Shown one piece after another: positions 1 to 9,964 of a stretch of 63,670 nt of DNA (positions are counted from its first letter, which is position 1; each line of letters starts with the position of its first letter). This DNA comes from Candidatus Calescamantes bacterium (GTDB taxonomy: Bacteria > CAIJMQ01 > JAADFP01). The position numbers were made by a program, and so were the translations under genes. The notes below the pieces were generated by a model. It was given only the letters and a program-made list of their open reading frames with translations, had not been told where the DNA came from and made no database searches. The DNA lies in assembly GCA_021162785.1 (NCBI GenBank), contig JAGGYA010000007.1, positions 1 through 63,670 on the forward strand. Reading direction: 5' to 3'.

Positions 1-70
1 GCAAAGCAGAAAAATAACTCCTTTCAATACTTTGTAGAGAAATATGACTGCTAAACTTATGGAGATATTG

Positions 71-174
71 GCAACGTCGCCTAAGAGCGGACATACCGCT
101 CCGCACCTCCACCCAAATTCGGCAAAGTCGAACTTCGCATGTCTGCAAATGGTTAGGTGAAATCCCGCTGTTGC
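71..174. ncRNA. Candidate structured RNA (unclassified); GC-rich island upstream of uvrA
   Basis: About 104 nt closed by GCAAC (71-75) / GTTGC (170-174). Perfect hairpin GAGCGG-ACATA-CCGCTC (85-101) and CACCT/AGGTG pairing. Roughly 55% G+C by hand count in a much more AT-rich window. No ORF. Followed by AATTTTT. Strand and class unknown. Confidence 0.3.
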
Positions 175-289
175 GAATTTTTAAGATTTAACCTTCGTTT
201 TACCTTAAATTCCAATTCGAAAAATCCTGGAGTTGAAAAAACTCTTGGTTTGCTGAGAAATTCCTTTTTAAGATAAAATTAAGTTTGAC

Positions 290-3169
290 ATGAGTCTGGA
301 AAAAATCGTTATTCGGGGGGCTAAGGAACACAACCTCAAAAATATAAATCTTGAAATCCCGAGGAATAAACTTGTGGTGATCACAGGCCTTTCTGGATCT
401 GGTAAATCTTCCTTAGCTTTTGATACCATTTATGCTGAAGGACAGAGAAGATATGTTGAGAGTCTTTCTGCTTATGCACGCCAATTTTTAGAGCAGATGG
501 AAAAGCCTGATGTGGACTATATAGAAGGACTTTCTCCTGCAATAGCCATTGAGCAGAAGGCACCTCCCAGAAATCCCCGTTCTACTGTGGGGACAGTAAC
601 TGAAATATATGACTATCTGCGGATCCTTTTTGCCAGTATAGGTAAAGTTTACTGCTATCGGTGTGGGAGACGAATTGAGAAACAATCTGCGGAACAGATA
701 GTAGACCATATCCTTTCCTTCCCTGAAGGAACCAAGTTACAAATACTTGCTCCCGTGGTTAGGGGTAGGAAAGGAGAATACCAGAAACTGCTGGAAGAAA
801 TAAGAAGACAGGGATTTGTAAGAGTGAGAATAGATGGTGAAATTTATGATCTGGATGAAGAAATTCGATTGGAAAAATATAAAAGGCACGATATAGATGT
901 GGTGGTGGATCGGGTAAAAGTTTCTCGGGAAGGAAGAACAAGGATAACAGAAGGAGTGGAATTGGCTCTCAAAATTGCTGAAGGTTTGGTAAAAGTCATC
1001 TTAAAGGAAGAAAAGGGTGAAAAAGAAATTCTCTTCTCCGAAAAATTTGCCTGTCCTGATTGTGGAATCTCTTATGGAGAACTCTCACCCCGCATGTTCT
1101 CCTTCAATTCTCCCTATGGAGCTTGTCCAGCCTGTAGTGGGTTAGGAGAAAAGATGGAAATTGATCCCCGCCTGGTGGTCCCTGACGATTCTTTATCCAT
1201 AGCGGAAGGTGCTCTTGAACCCTGGGCTAATCCTATAACTACCAGAAGACATCGTTGGAAATGGTCCACAGCCAGATATTACCGACAAATACTTGAATGT
1301 GTCGCCCGTCATTATGGATTTAGCCTCCATACTCCTTTCCGTGAGCTTCCAGAGGAAATTAAAACCATCCTTCTTTATGGATCGGATGAAGAGATTGAAT
1401 TTGAGATAGAAAGAGGAGGAGAGGTTTACCATTACTGGGATACCTTTGAAGGAGTTATAAGGAATTTGGAAAGAAGATATAACGAGACCGATTCTGAATA
1501 TGTAAGAGAAGAGATATTTAAACGGTATATAAGAATGATTCCCTGCCCTGAATGTAAAGGGAAAAGACTGAGAAAAGAAAGTCTTTCTGTGGAAGTGGGA
1601 GGTAAAAATATTGCTGAAATTACTGCTATGTCTATTAAAGAAGCCCTTAACTTCTTCCAGAACCTGAAACTCACATCTAAAGAAGAATTAATTGCAGGAC
1701 AGGTAATTAAAGAAATCTGTGCTCGATTAAAATTTTTAGTGGATGTAGGTCTGGATTATCTTACTCTGGACAGAAAAGCAGAAACACTTTCTGGAGGTGA
1801 GGCTGAAAGAATACGGCTGGCTACCCAGATTGGTTCAAAACTGGTGGGAGTGCTTTACATCCTGGATGAACCAACTATTGGGCTCCATCAGCGGGATAAT
1901 GCTCGGTTATTGAATACACTAAAAAGTCTTCGGGATCTTGGAAATACGGTTATTGTAGTTGAACATGATGAGAATACCATTAGAAATGCGGACTTTATAA
2001 TAGACTTAGGACCAGGAGCAGGTGAACATGGTGGTGAGGTAGTTGTAGCAGGGACTTTAGAGGATGTAATAAATTGTCCACATTCCTTAACCGGGAAATA
2101 TCTTTCTGGAGAATTATCCATCCCCATTCCTTCACGAAGAAGAAAACATAGTGGTAAATATCTGGAAATCCGAGGTGCAAGGGAACATAATCTCAAAAAC
2201 ATTACTGTTCGTATTCCCTTAGGCCTTTTTGTCTGTATTACAGGTGTGAGTGGTTCAGGGAAAAGCACTCTGGTGGAAGAAATACTTTATCGGGCATTAG
2301 CAAAGAAACTCTACAAATCTCGCGTAGAACCAGGAGAACATGATGAAATTGTGGGATGGGAAAATATTGATAAAGTCATCCATATAACTCAGGAACCAAT
2401 TGGAAGAACTCCTCGTTCAAATCCAGCTACTTATACTGATACTTTTACACATATCCGACAACTCTTTGCTCAAACTCCTGAAGCAAGAATGCGGGGTTAT
2501 AAACCGGGGAGATTCTCCTTTAATGTGAAAGGGGGACGATGTGAGGTATGCCAAGGAGAGGGATTGATAAAAATTGAAATGCACTTCTTACCGGATGTGT
2601 ATATTACCTGTGACGCTTGTAAAGGAAAAAGGTATAATCGGGAGACTCTGGAAGTCAAATACCGGGGTAAAAGTATTGCGGATGTTCTGGATATGAGTGT
2701 GGAAGAGGCATTAAAATTTTTCTCAAATATCCCTGTGCTTAAGAGGAAACTTCAAACACTCTATGATGTGGGTCTGGGATATATAAAACTTGGCCAGCCA
2801 GCTACAACTCTCTCGGGTGGTGAAGCGCAGAGGGTAAAACTTGCTAAGGAACTCAGCAAAGTGGCTACGGGTAATACACTTTATATCTTGGATGAACCCA
2901 CTACTGGACTTCATTTTGCTGATGTGGAAAAACTCCTCAATGTTCTTAATCGGCTTGTGGATAAAGGGAATACGGTAGTGATTATTGAACATAATCTGGA
3001 TGTTATCAAATCTGCTGATTATATTATTGATTTAGGGCCGGAAGGTGGTGAAGAGGGAGGATGGATAGTTGCGGAAGGGACTCCCGAGGAAGTGGCGGAG
3101 AATCCTCGTTCCTATACTGGCCAATTTTTAAGAAAGGTTTTACACAGGGAAGGAGTAGTTGTCAAATAA
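290..3169 (+). CDS. uvrA: Excinuclease ABC subunit A
   Basis: 959 aa. Two ABC ATPase modules (Walker [13 protein letters not shown] and [11 protein letters not shown], two LSGGE signatures) plus CxxC zinc modules. Canonical N-terminus [19 protein letters not shown]. No obvious Shine-Dalgarno upstream. Confidence 0.97.
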   Translation: MSLEKIVIRGAKEHNLKNINLEIPRNKLVVITGLSGSGKSSLAFDTIYAEGQRRYVESLSAYARQFLEQMEKPDVDYIEGLSPAIAIEQKAPPRNPRSTVGTVTEIYDYLRILFASIGKVYCYRCGRRIEKQSAEQIVDHILSFPEGTKLQILAPVVRGRKGEYQKLLEEIRRQGFVRVRIDGEIYDLDEEIRLEKYKRHDIDVVVDRVKVSREGRTRITEGVELALKIAEGLVKVILKEEKGEKEILFSEKFACPDCGISYGELSPRMFSFNSPYGACPACSGLGEKMEIDPRLVVPDDSLSIAEGALEPWANPITTRRHRWKWSTARYYRQILECVARHYGFSLHTPFRELPEEIKTILLYGSDEEIEFEIERGGEVYHYWDTFEGVIRNLERRYNETDSEYVREEIFKRYIRMIPCPECKGKRLRKESLSVEVGGKNIAEITAMSIKEALNFFQNLKLTSKEELIAGQVIKEICARLKFLVDVGLDYLTLDRKAETLSGGEAERIRLATQIGSKLVGVLYILDEPTIGLHQRDNARLLNTLKSLRDLGNTVIVVEHDENTIRNADFIIDLGPGAGEHGGEVVVAGTLEDVINCPHSLTGKYLSGELSIPIPSRRRKHSGKYLEIRGAREHNLKNITVRIPLGLFVCITGVSGSGKSTLVEEILYRALAKKLYKSRVEPGEHDEIVGWENIDKVIHITQEPIGRTPRSNPATYTDTFTHIRQLFAQTPEARMRGYKPGRFSFNVKGGRCEVCQGEGLIKIEMHFLPDVYITCDACKGKRYNRETLEVKYRGKSIADVLDMSVEEALKFFSNIPVLKRKLQTLYDVGLGYIKLGQPATTLSGGEAQRVKLAKELSKVATGNTLYILDEPTTGLHFADVEKLLNVLNRLVDKGNTVVIIEHNLDVIKSADYIIDLGPEGGEEGGWIVAEGTPEEVAENPRSYTGQFLRKVLHREGVVVK

Positions 3170-5982
3170 TGAAGAAATGGTTTGCTTTATTTCTGGTTTT
3201 ATTTTCCTTAACCCTTTATTCTCAGGATGTAGAACTTGCAAGGAAACTATTTGAAGACGGATTTTATCAGGCAGCAAAAGAAGAAGTTCAAAGAATCTTA
3301 GGAAGTAATCCTCCACCAAGACTGAGAAACGAAGCATTATTGATTCTGGGGGACTGTTTCTGGAAAGAAGGGAAAAGAAGAAAAGCGGAAGAAATTTATG
3401 AAAAACTTTTAACATTCCCTTCTTCCCTAAGTAAAGACCAAATTCTAATTCGTTTAGGACGCATTAATATGGAACTGGGGAACTCCACGAAAGCAGAATT
3501 TTATTTTCAAAAGTTAATAGAAGACTATCCAAAATCTTCTCTTTCCGTGCAAGCTCTCTACTGGATGGGAGAAAATTATCGGCAGGCAAAGGATTACCAA
3601 AAAGCTGAAGAAACTCTCCAGAAATTCCTTCTCCTTTATCCAGAGAATCCTTTGGCAAAGAGTGCCAGGTATTCCTTGGCTCTTGTATTTTTTAAAGAAG
3701 GTAAATTTGTAGAAGCAGAAAAAGAAATTGAAAGTTTTTTAAAAGAAGCATCTTCTGAGTCTTTGGGTTTTAAAGGTAAAATACTTTTAGCCAGAATAAA
3801 AACAAAAAAAGGAGAAATTCCTGAGGCAATAACCATCCTTCATGAACTCACCTCCACTCCTTTAGCAGGGGAAGCATATTTCTGGATGGGTGAAACCTAC
3901 AGGGTAAGTCATAACTTGAAAAAAGCGGAAGATGCTTACACTAAATCATTGAAAAAGACGCCCCATCCTTATGAAGATGCAGCTCTATTTTATTTGGGCT
4001 GGGTGAAGTTTAAAGAAGATAAGGAAAAAGAAGCGGAAGAGTGCTGGAATAAATTAATAAAAGATTTTCCGAAAAGCGAGCATTTTTATCCTGCCCTTTA
4101 CTGGTTGGCCACTTCTCTATTTAAAAGAGGAAAAAATCAAGAGGGCGAAAAACTCCTTTCCCAACTTATCGAGAGCAATGTGGAAGGATGGTCAGATCGT
4201 GCCTATCTACTCCTTTGCGAGAATATTCCTAATAAAGGGAAGGAACTTCTCCCCAAATTTGAAGAGAAATTTCCCCATAGTCCCCTCCTTCCAGAAGCTC
4301 TATACCGATGGGGTATGTTAGAATCCCAAACCAGTATCACTAAAGGGATTGAAATTTTAGAAAGGGTGAAACTTCGTTATCCAGATTATTCCGGGCTTCC
4401 TTATCTACTCTACAATCTCTCTGTTCTCTATGTTAGAGCCAACAATTTCTTTGAGGCAGCCACTAACTTAGAATCTTTTTTGAGTAAATATCCTAATCAT
4501 TCACTTTCACCAGATGCCCTCCATCTTCTTTCCCGATGTTATCTGGAATTAGGTTATTACACAGAAGCCCTTAAACTCTGCGAAGAATTTGAGAAAAAAT
4601 TCCCCCATCATCCCCTTTTCAATCAAAATCTTTTCCTCAAAGCCATCGTCTTAGAAAAGAAAGGAGAAACTCTTTCTTCCATAGCTATTCTTGAACAACT
4701 CCTCTCCCCTTCTACTCCCCTTTCTTCTAAAGCTCTTCTAAAATTAGGAGATATTTATGCTTCTCAGAAAGACTTTGTGCGAGCCAGAAAGTATTATCAA
4801 CGCTTACTTAAAGAATTTCCGGAAACTCCTTTAGCCTGCCGAGCCTTTTTCAACATGGGATATTCTTTTTATCAAGAAGGTAAGTTATCTCAAGCTGCCC
4901 AATTCTTTCTTTCCTTTACCGAGAAATATCCTGCTTCTGAACTTGTTCCCTCTTCCTTATATTTAGCGGGATGGTGTTATTTTAAAAAAGGAGAACTGGA
5001 AAAATCTGAAGAAATTCTTAAAAATCTTTTACACCAATTCCCTGATTCTCAGGAAACCTCTCGAGCTTTGCTTACCTTAGGGGATATCTATTTTAATCAA
5101 AGTAAATTAACAGAAGCAGAAAAATTTTACCGCTTACTTCTTCAAAAATTCCCTTCTGCTCAAGAGACTTCATTTGCATATATTGCCCTTTACAACTTGT
5201 TTTTAAGAAAAGAGGAGGAAGAGGAAGGAGTAAAGTATTTGGAGACCTACCTCAAGAAGTTTCCCCAGGGAGAAATGTGTGACTATGCATTGATGGAATT
5301 GGGGCTCCATTTTTACAGGAAGGAGGAACTTTCTCAGGCAAAGAAATATTTAGAAGACCTTATTGCTTCTTATCCAAATAGCGATTTGAAGGCTGATGCA
5401 CTTTACTGGTTGGGAAGGATCTATCGGGAGGAAAAAGATCTGGAGAAAGCTAAAGAAATATATGAAACTCTTGTAGCCTTAAAAGAATCCACTTCCTGGA
5501 AAGAAGATGCTCTGATTTCTTTAGCAGAGATACTCTTTGAACTTGGAGAAAATGAAAAAGCCCTACAAAATCTTGAAGTGTTTGAGAAAAAGTATCCAAA
5601 ATCCCCTTTACTTCCCCGTGCATGGTTAAAGAAAGCAGAGAGTTTGAAGGAAAAGGGTGAGTTTGAAGAAGCTCTTGCAACAATTAAAAAGATCCTTTCT
5701 TCGGACGCATTTTCTTCTTTAAAAGGGGAAGCAGTATTCATGGAAGCGGAAATTCACGAGATTAAGGGAGATAAAGAAAAGGCTGCTTTTTCTTATCTTA
5801 AAGTAAGTTATTATTATCCTCCTTCCTCAACCAGACAAATAGAAGCATTATGGAAATCAGCCCATCTTTTCGCAGAAGCAGGGAAGAAAGAAGAAGCTCT
5901 TCAGGTGCTTAAAAAATTGAGTAATTACCCAGAGGAGCGCCAGAAGGTAGAAAGTTTCTATCGGGAACTCCAGAGAGAATGA
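3169..5982 (+). CDS. Large secreted tetratricopeptide-repeat (TPR) protein
   Basis: Start moved from ORF-track 3061 to ATG 3169 (TAATG overlap with the uvrA stop), which gives the signal peptide [19 protein letters not shown]. The rest is a long series of TPR-like units (recurrent ..A.Y..G..Y...g....A...f..ll..yP.s). Confidence 0.8.
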   Translation: MKKWFALFLVLFSLTLYSQDVELARKLFEDGFYQAAKEEVQRILGSNPPPRLRNEALLILGDCFWKEGKRRKAEEIYEKLLTFPSSLSKDQILIRLGRINMELGNSTKAEFYFQKLIEDYPKSSLSVQALYWMGENYRQAKDYQKAEETLQKFLLLYPENPLAKSARYSLALVFFKEGKFVEAEKEIESFLKEASSESLGFKGKILLARIKTKKGEIPEAITILHELTSTPLAGEAYFWMGETYRVSHNLKKAEDAYTKSLKKTPHPYEDAALFYLGWVKFKEDKEKEAEECWNKLIKDFPKSEHFYPALYWLATSLFKRGKNQEGEKLLSQLIESNVEGWSDRAYLLLCENIPNKGKELLPKFEEKFPHSPLLPEALYRWGMLESQTSITKGIEILERVKLRYPDYSGLPYLLYNLSVLYVRANNFFEAATNLESFLSKYPNHSLSPDALHLLSRCYLELGYYTEALKLCEEFEKKFPHHPLFNQNLFLKAIVLEKKGETLSSIAILEQLLSPSTPLSSKALLKLGDIYASQKDFVRARKYYQRLLKEFPETPLACRAFFNMGYSFYQEGKLSQAAQFFLSFTEKYPASELVPSSLYLAGWCYFKKGELEKSEEILKNLLHQFPDSQETSRALLTLGDIYFNQSKLTEAEKFYRLLLQKFPSAQETSFAYIALYNLFLRKEEEEEGVKYLETYLKKFPQGEMCDYALMELGLHFYRKEELSQAKKYLEDLIASYPNSDLKADALYWLGRIYREEKDLEKAKEIYETLVALKESTSWKEDALISLAEILFELGENEKALQNLEVFEKKYPKSPLLPRAWLKKAESLKEKGEFEEALATIKKILSSDAFSSLKGEAVFMEAEIHEIKGDKEKAAFSYLKVSYYYPPSSTRQIEALWKSAHLFAEAGKKEEALQVLKKLSNYPEERQKVESFYRELQRE

Positions 5983-7397
5983 GAGTCTTATTTTCGCTCT
6001 TTTTCCTTCTGATTTTATCTTCACTTTTTCCGGAGGAACTACATCTTCCTACCATTATAATCAAGGGTAGAGATTACTCCCCTTTCCCTTCCTCCCCGGT
6101 TGAACTATCTCCTGCAGATTTAAGAAAAGAAAAAGAGGAATTGTTTTTAGAAAGAAAATTAGAAGAACGAGGGGAATATTTTCCAGAAGGTGAGGAAGAA
6201 AAGAAAGGTTTTTGGAGATTGAGTATTGGAATGGGAAGCTGGGAAAGTAGAGAAGGAAATCTAACCGGTTTTATAAAAGTGGGAAAAAATAATGGGCTAA
6301 AGTTTTATTTTGAAAAGAGAAAGAGGAAAAGCTGGCGAGAGGAAGGAGGAGAAGAAAAGGAAATAGGATATTTGAAACTTTTCTCACCTTTTTATTCCAT
6401 AGCTTTAACTGAAAATTATGGATTTCTAAAGCTACCGGGTGAGGAAAACAGCAGGTATCTTGGGGAAAGAAAGGGAAAAAGGGAGGTGATTAAAGGAAGA
6501 ATAATTTTTAAAAATGGAATGAGATGGAGTTTAACGAGGTGTAATGAAAAGTTGTGGGATTGGGAGGAATATGGCAAACATCTTTGGAGGAGTGAAATCA
6601 AAAGCGGGGGGGATATGTTCCAGTGGGGTATTGAATGGTTGGAAGAAAGAATGAAGAATTATTATCGTGAAGATGAATTCTCCTTTTATTTTCAACCCCA
6701 GGATAAACTCCTATTTACTGGATGGATACATGAGAATAAAGCGGAGTTTTTCCCCCAATTTATGCTCGACAAAAGGAGCAAAAATGGTTCTTTCTTCTTA
6801 GCTTTAGAGGGGGGATTGAGAAGATACGACCTCTTTAATCTCTATACACAATGGGAAGGAAGTAAAATAAGGGAAAAATTCCTTACCCCTGAAAAACTAT
6901 GGTGTCTTAAGGGTGGATGGAAAAATTCTTCCTATTCCTTCCTTATTTTTCATGAAAAAAGGAAAAGCCTCCTTATCTGGAAAGGGAAAGATGACCTTTA
7001 CGAACCTTCTTCTCTTTCCTCTGCCGCTTTCACTGGAATGGAGATTAAAGGAGAGAAAAAACTTTCATTAAAATCCTCTTTACATTTTTCATTAAAGGTA
7101 AAGGAAGAGGATAAAAGAAGAAAAATACCTTACCATCCTTACTTCCAAAGTTTCACTGCTTTAAGAATTTATAATTGGACACTGTATTATAATTATATTG
7201 GGCCTCGATATTTCGAAAGAGGAAATGACCAGACTTTGAAAGGATGGGGAAACCTGGGAATAAAATGGGAAATGGAAAGGGAGGGGATAGAGTTTTCCGT
7301 GGAGTTAGCCAATCTTTTAAACGAGGGATGGGAAAGGCTTAAAGGTTACCCTGGGCCGGGGAGACAGTTCCAAATGAAAATGGTCATTTACTGGTAA
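5979..7397 (+). CDS. Putative outer-membrane beta-barrel protein (TonB-dependent-receptor-like C-terminus)
   Basis: 472 aa with N-terminal signal peptide MRVLFSLFFLLILSSLF. Alternating beta-strand-like pattern. C-terminus ..GYPGPGRQFQMKMVIYW ends in an aromatic residue, as in OM barrels. ATGA overlap with the TPR gene. Confidence 0.45.
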   Translation: MRVLFSLFFLLILSSLFPEELHLPTIIIKGRDYSPFPSSPVELSPADLRKEKEELFLERKLEERGEYFPEGEEEKKGFWRLSIGMGSWESREGNLTGFIKVGKNNGLKFYFEKRKRKSWREEGGEEKEIGYLKLFSPFYSIALTENYGFLKLPGEENSRYLGERKGKREVIKGRIIFKNGMRWSLTRCNEKLWDWEEYGKHLWRSEIKSGGDMFQWGIEWLEERMKNYYREDEFSFYFQPQDKLLFTGWIHENKAEFFPQFMLDKRSKNGSFFLALEGGLRRYDLFNLYTQWEGSKIREKFLTPEKLWCLKGGWKNSSYSFLIFHEKRKSLLIWKGKDDLYEPSSLSSAAFTGMEIKGEKKLSLKSSLHFSLKVKEEDKRRKIPYHPYFQSFTALRIYNWTLYYNYIGPRYFERGNDQTLKGWGNLGIKWEMEREGIEFSVELANLLNEGWERLKGYPGPGRQFQMKMVIYW

Positions 7398-7400
7398 GGT

Positions 7401-8342
7401 ATGCCAGCCAATTTACCACCTCAATATTACGAAAAGGAAAAAGAACTTAAACAAGCAAAAACTCTGGAGGAAAAAATTGCTATTTTAAAAGAACTGCTCG
7501 CTATAATGCCCAAACACAAAGGCACCGATAAACTCCAAGCAGAATTAAGAGCTAAAATTGCCAAACTCTCCAAGATGAAGAGCAAGAAATCTTCCGTTCG
7601 TAAAACTCCTTCACCTTATGAGATAAAAAAAGAAGGTGCAGGTCAGTTGGTTCTCTTCGGTCCCCCGAATTCGGGAAAATCTCTTATTATCTCCTCACTT
7701 ACGCATGCAGAATCCCCAAGCCCAGAGTATCCCTTTTCCACATTGAAACCTATTATAGGAATGATGGATTATCAAGACATTCAGTTTCAAATTATTGATA
7801 CTCCCTCCATTGACAAAGAGTTCTTAGATAAAGGGCTGGTCCATTTGTTACGCCAGGCTGATCTCCTACTTCTCGTTGTAGATGTGGGAGAAGATGATGT
7901 GGTGGAAAAGATTGAAGCAGTAAGAGATAAACTTAAAGAAAAAAACTTCTATTTGGAGGAGGAGAAGGAGAAGATAATGATAATTGCCAACAAAATAGAT
8001 AAACCAAACGCAGAAGAAAGAACAGCTATATTGGAGGAACTTTACCCTTTTCCCATTATTCCGATTAGCGCCAAAGAGAAAAAATGGGATAATCTCAAAG
8101 AAAAAATTTTTGAAAATCTAAAAATCATAAGAGTCTATCTTAAACCACCTGGTAAACCACCTTCTCGGGAAGAACCTGTAGTTCTCAAAAAAGGAAGTAA
8201 AGTGATAGATGCTGCAGAAGCTATACATAAAGATTTTCTCAACATGAAATATGCTCGAATTTGGAATAATGAACTTCACGGCTTGAGAGTTGAAAGAGAG
8301 TATCCACTTAAAGATGGGGATATCCTTGAATTTCATCTATAG
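7401..8342 (+). CDS. DRG/Rbg-like (Obg-family) GTP-binding protein with C-terminal TGS domain
   Basis: G1 GPPNSGKS, G2-region PFSTL, G4 NKID. N-terminal helical region KHKGTDKLQAELRAKIAKL resembles the DRG N-terminus. C-terminal TGS-like region (..VIDAAEAIHKDF..ARIW..). The G3 position reads DTPS rather than DxxG. Confidence 0.7.
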   Translation: MPANLPPQYYEKEKELKQAKTLEEKIAILKELLAIMPKHKGTDKLQAELRAKIAKLSKMKSKKSSVRKTPSPYEIKKEGAGQLVLFGPPNSGKSLIISSLTHAESPSPEYPFSTLKPIIGMMDYQDIQFQIIDTPSIDKEFLDKGLVHLLRQADLLLLVVDVGEDDVVEKIEAVRDKLKEKNFYLEEEKEKIMIIANKIDKPNAEERTAILEELYPFPIIPISAKEKKWDNLKEKIFENLKIIRVYLKPPGKPPSREEPVVLKKGSKVIDAAEAIHKDFLNMKYARIWNNELHGLRVEREYPLKDGDILEFHL

Positions 8343-8348
8343 AAGAAT

Positions 8349-8810
8349 ATGGAAATTAGAAGAGGTAGAAGCGGTGAAATTGAAAAACTCATTGAGGTAT
8401 ACCAATCAGGGTATTCATCTATGAAAAGATATGCATATCATTCTCCTGAGAGAATTAAAGAATATCTCCTTTGGCTGAGAGAAGGCGACAAGAATGGATT
8501 CTTTGTAGCTCAGGAAGGAACCCAATTAATAGGTTTTGCTTCCATCCATACCCAATGGTGGGATAGGAAAGAGGGTAAAACTGCGGAACTGCACGAAATT
8601 GTGGTAAAAGCAGAATATCAAGGTAAAGGAGTTGGTAAAAGTCTGTTTGAAAAAGCAAAGGATTATGCCCTCTCAGAGGGACGGGACAAAATTACTCTGT
8701 GGGTAGGAGAGAAAAACTCGAGAGCCAGAGAATGGTATAAAAAATTAGGGTTTGAAGAAATAGGAAAATCCGGGGAATGGATCAGGATGAAACTTGACCT
8801 TTTCAAGTAG
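8349..8810 (+). CDS. GNAT family N-acetyltransferase
   Basis: 153 aa with acetyl-CoA motif A: VKAEYQGKGVGKSLFEKA. Confidence 0.8.
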   Translation: MEIRRGRSGEIEKLIEVYQSGYSSMKRYAYHSPERIKEYLLWLREGDKNGFFVAQEGTQLIGFASIHTQWWDRKEGKTAELHEIVVKAEYQGKGVGKSLFEKAKDYALSEGRDKITLWVGEKNSRAREWYKKLGFEEIGKSGEWIRMKLDLFK

Positions 8811-9897
8811 TGTTTTCCCATTCTTTTAAAAATTCCTCTAAAATTTGGGTGAGTAAAAGAAGATTATCCACCTTTATCCTTTCTCTTTCTGTATGGGCTA
8901 AATAAAGGGAGCCTGCACCAAAAACCACAGTAGGAATTCCTTTTTTTACAAAATTCTGGGCATCTGTCCAGCATTCTATCCCCCTCATTTTGGGCTCTTT
9001 TCCCAAAATTCTCTTGACAGCATTTTTAAGTAAAACTACTACTTTCTTTCTACTATCAATTTCATAAGGAGGAGAAAAATCTTTCCATCCATACTTCACC
9101 TTCTCCTCCTTTGCAAATCTTTCAATCTCTCTTTTTACCTTTTCCATCTTTACAGAGGGAGGAAAACTCACCTCCACTTCCATTTTGCACCAGCCAGGAG
9201 TTACCATTACTTCCCATCCTCCTTCAATCCTTCCAAGTGTCAGCCAACCACCTTTTGGAAAATGGGGATGTGTAATGGATAAAGAAGGAAGATTTTTTAA
9301 TTTCTGATAAAAGAGGAAAGCCCTTTCAATAGCATTCTCCCCTTTCCAGGGAAGAGAACCATGAGAAGTTCTTCCTTCCACTAAAAATTCCACTTCAATA
9401 GAACCCGCCTGGGAAATACAAATGGTAAATTCAGTGGGTTCAAGGACCAGACATCCTTCGCCTTCCACCTCTACTATTTCCGAACCCTCCCCTGTTCTCT
9501 CTTCCCAGGTAGTGAAGATTATTTGACATGGATAAGGAGTCCTCCGAAGAGCCAAAAGCAAAGCGGAAATTTGTCCTTTAACATCCAGCACACCTCTTCC
9601 TTTCACAAACTCTTTTCCGGCGAGTTGGAAACCATTTGAGAAATTATAAAGGGGGAAAACATCCAGATGAGCAGAAATAATGAGGTTAGAATCCCCGCGC
9701 CAAGCATGGAGATAAAAAACCTCTCCTTTTCTCACTTTCTTTACTTTGAAACCGGAAGAGGAAAGTTCTTTCTTCAGGAATCCTTCTACTTTTTCTTCCT
9801 CTCCGGAAAGAGTAGGTGTCTCCACAAGAATTTTAAGGATTTCAAGTAGCTCTTTCTTCATTTTTTCTTGACAAGGCATCATCTTTAAGTTTATCAT
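8803..9897 (-). CDS. M20 family metallopeptidase (ArgE/DapE-like deacylase)
   Basis: 364 aa with AHLDVFP, GRGVLDVKG and EE..G..GS motifs typical of ArgE/DapE/CPG2-type M20 enzymes. The start codon is uncertain (Met at 9897, 9882 or 9861). Confidence 0.75.
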   Translation of the reverse strand: MINLKMMPCQEKMKKELLEILKILVETPTLSGEEEKVEGFLKKELSSSGFKVKKVRKGEVFYLHAWRGDSNLIISAHLDVFPLYNFSNGFQLAGKEFVKGRGVLDVKGQISALLLALRRTPYPCQIIFTTWEERTGEGSEIVEVEGEGCLVLEPTEFTICISQAGSIEVEFLVEGRTSHGSLPWKGENAIERAFLFYQKLKNLPSLSITHPHFPKGGWLTLGRIEGGWEVMVTPGWCKMEVEVSFPPSVKMEKVKREIERFAKEEKVKYGWKDFSPPYEIDSRKKVVVLLKNAVKRILGKEPKMRGIECWTDAQNFVKKGIPTVVFGAGSLYLAHTERERIKVDNLLLLTQILEEFLKEWENTT

Positions 9898-9964
9898 TTT
9901 ATACCGCAGAGATTAATTTTGAGGGAAGATAACCCCCCTCTGCGGCAAAAGAAGGGGGTGAGAT

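Noticed and set aside
122-138. T-arm-like hairpin (minus strand GCGAA-GTTCGAC-TTTGC), suggesting a tRNA
   Set aside because: No acceptor stem, D-arm or anticodon arm can be built around it, and the loop does not fit the TTCRANY register.
3061-3168. N-terminal extension of the TPR ORF, overlapping uvrA by 109 nt
   Set aside because: The extension has no signal peptide or protein-like composition. ATG 3169 gives a canonical signal peptide and a TAATG overlap with the uvrA stop.
5200-5230. Purine-rich GAGGAGGAAGAGGAAGG-type tracts, here and in many genes, as possible tandem repeats or CRISPR-like arrays
   Set aside because: They simply encode E/K-rich protein segments. They have no regular spacing and no repeat-spacer organisation. 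No CRISPR array was seen anywhere in the window.
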